DNA from: an uncultured delta proteobacterium
Lineage (GTDB): Bacteria; Myxococcota_A; Polyangia; Palsa-1104
Length of the DNA stretch: 64,000 bases
Direction: 5' to 3'
NCBI GenBank assembly: GCA_963785725.1
Contig: CAWAWS010000027.1
Span: 44,879-108,878, forward strand
The position numbers were made by a program, and so were the translations under genes. This document shows positions 62,592-64,000 of this stretch, in pieces. Under the pieces are notes generated by a model. It did no database searches. It was given only the letters and a program-made list of their open reading frames with translations, and was not told where the DNA came from. Numbering within the stretch: the stretch's first letter is position 1; the number at the start of each line of letters is the position of its first letter.

Positions 62592-63098
62592 GTGCGAGCT
62601 CTTATTTCAGTGGTGGGGATCGCGCTTCTCGCGGCCGGCTGCTTCAATCCTGACGTCAAAACCGGCGGGTTTAAGTGTGATCCGACCGTGCCAGACGCGT
62701 GCCCGACCGGGTTCTATTGCGTCAACCAGCTCTGCGTCAATCATCCGGGGACGTCGAGCACCGGCGGCAATGGCGGCGACGACATGAGCGTCGGCGACGA
62801 CATGACGATGTCGACGCCGAACGGACCGGAGGACCTGGCCATGCCGCCGCTGTCGCCGCCCGATCTGGCGAAGCCGATCGTGCCGCCCGATCTCGCGCAG
62901 CCGGTCGTGCCGCCCGATCTCTCGCAGCCGAACACCTGCGCGCACGACCTGTGCACCACGGGCGCGAAGTTGGACCCGAGCTGCTCGGCCTGCGCCAACA
63001 TCGTCTGCACCGAGGACAGCTTCTGCTGCAGCAGCAAGTGGGATTCGCAGTGCGTGATGGAAACTGCCGACTGCGATCCCGCCGATCAGTGCCCGTAA
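62592..63098 (+). CDS. Cys-rich lipoprotein with PPDL(A/S) linker repeats
   Basis: GTG after GAGG; lipobox AAGC; CPTGFYC; C-terminal DSFCCSSKWDSQCV. Confidence 0.8.
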   Translation: MRALISVVGIALLAAGCFNPDVKTGGFKCDPTVPDACPTGFYCVNQLCVNHPGTSSTGGNGGDDMSVGDDMTMSTPNGPEDLAMPPLSPPDLAKPIVPPDLAQPVVPPDLSQPNTCAHDLCTTGAKLDPSCSACANIVCTEDSFCCSSKWDSQCVMETADCDPADQCP

Positions 63099-63105
63099 CA
63101 CGTCG

Positions 63106-63777
63106 TTAGTCTTCGCCTTCATCACCGCCTTGTTCGGCGCCGGCCACGGCCTCCAATTCAACGTCGAATTCACCGTTGTCGCTGCGCCAGCCGGCCGGTC
63201 CGCGCAGCGCGGCCGCGTCGTCACCGATGTCGCCCGACCACGCGAGCGCGCTATCGGCGAGGACGGTGAGCGCGCGACCGGCCAACGTCGCCGTCAGCAC
63301 GTGCGCGCCGCCGGCTTGCAGCGGCGGCGGCTGCGCGCCGGCCGTCGCGACCAAGTTGCGATAGCCGCGCGCGCCGCACTCGCGATGGGTGCGCGCGCCC
63401 GGGTTGCGCTTGATGGAGACGACGATCTTGGCGACCGGCGCGATGCGCCACATGACGTAGACGAGGTTGCAGCCGTCCTGCGCGCGCAGCTTGAGGCCGA
63501 TTTGGCGGCGCGTCTCGCCCGACGCCAGCTTGGCTTCGGTCGCGCTCGGCCCGCGATAGACGAAGCGCAGGCGCGCGGCGCTGCCGTCGCTGCCGGGTGC
63601 GACGGCGCGCACCGTCGGCTCGGTCACGTGCGCCGCGCCGTTGGCCAGCGCTGCCACGTGGCCGCGCGTGACCCGCCACTTGGCAGCCGCGAAATGCGTC
63701 AGCGCCGGCTCGTTGGCGGCCGCGGTCATGCCGACCACGCTGGCGACGAAGAGCGCGACAGCAGCACGCGCGGTCAA
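63106..63777 (-). CDS. exported hypothetical beta-rich protein
   Basis: TTG overlaps the upstream stop; signal peptide; RRQIGLKLRAQDGCNLVYVMWR, GWRSDN. Confidence 0.7.
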   Translation of the reverse strand: MTARAAVALFVASVVGMTAAANEPALTHFAAAKWRVTRGHVAALANGAAHVTEPTVRAVAPGSDGSAARLRFVYRGPSATEAKLASGETRRQIGLKLRAQDGCNLVYVMWRIAPVAKIVVSIKRNPGARTHRECGARGYRNLVATAGAQPPPLQAGGAHVLTATLAGRALTVLADSALAWSGDIGDDAAALRGPAGWRSDNGEFDVELEAVAGAEQGGDEGED

Positions 63778-64000
63778 CCGGCGTCCTCGCCCAGCGTCGC
63801 CGCTAGCTCGACGACGTGAACGCGCAGGAACTCGGACTCGGCGCGCAGACGCACGAAATCGAACCACGTCGCCTCACGAAAACGGCGCAGCTTCTCGCTC
63901 TCGATCGACTCGAGCGCGTGCAGCCGTGACTCGACGTCGGCCACGAGCACGCGCAATTCGCCGAGCCGCCGCCGCTCGCCGGCCAGCGTCGCCTTCAGGC
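63774..64000 (-). CDS. C-terminus of a helical protein entering from outside the window
   Basis: Frame open from the window edge to TGA at 63774; coupled to the next gene. Confidence 0.6.
   Translation of the reverse strand, partial: LKATLAGERRRLGELRVLVADVESRLHALESIESEKLRRFREATWFDFVRLRAESEFLRVHVVELAATLGEDAG

Overview
High-GC bacterial chromosomal segment, most likely from a Myxococcota (Polyangia-like) organism. This is an inference from the Cys-rich lipoproteins, a vWA lipoprotein, tandem PilZ and MbnP/MbnH genes. About 55 genes; no rRNA, tRNA, CRISPR array or mobile element was recognised. In order: minCDE; a truncated KdpD plus KinB-like kinase opposite a sigma54 activator, with a readable -24/-12 promoter and upstream palindromes; a 22-bp tandem repeat; FMN reductase, YnfA, a beta-barrel porin, a lipoprotein phosphatase and a GMC oxidoreductase; an RND pump; a REC-EAL protein; a Fur/PerR-boxed operon (diheme MauG/BthA-type enzyme, Tat metallophosphoesterase, frameshifted cytochrome c); kup and P-II; two convergent cytochrome P460-like lipoproteins plus a large unknown lipoprotein; bfd-bfr; a flap endonuclease; an MbnP/MbnH copper-type cluster embedding a RegB/RegA-type two-component system; a second RND pump with its two-component system; DUF4242 plus two 3-HAO-like cupins; a PAS hybrid kinase; a MarR/hydrolase pair; and surface lipoproteins. 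The best candidates for undescribed systems are the Fur-boxed diheme operon, the RegBA-MbnPH cluster, the P460-like pair, the KdpD/sigma54 circuit and the HAO-like pair. All family calls come from motif recognition by eye; no database search was run.
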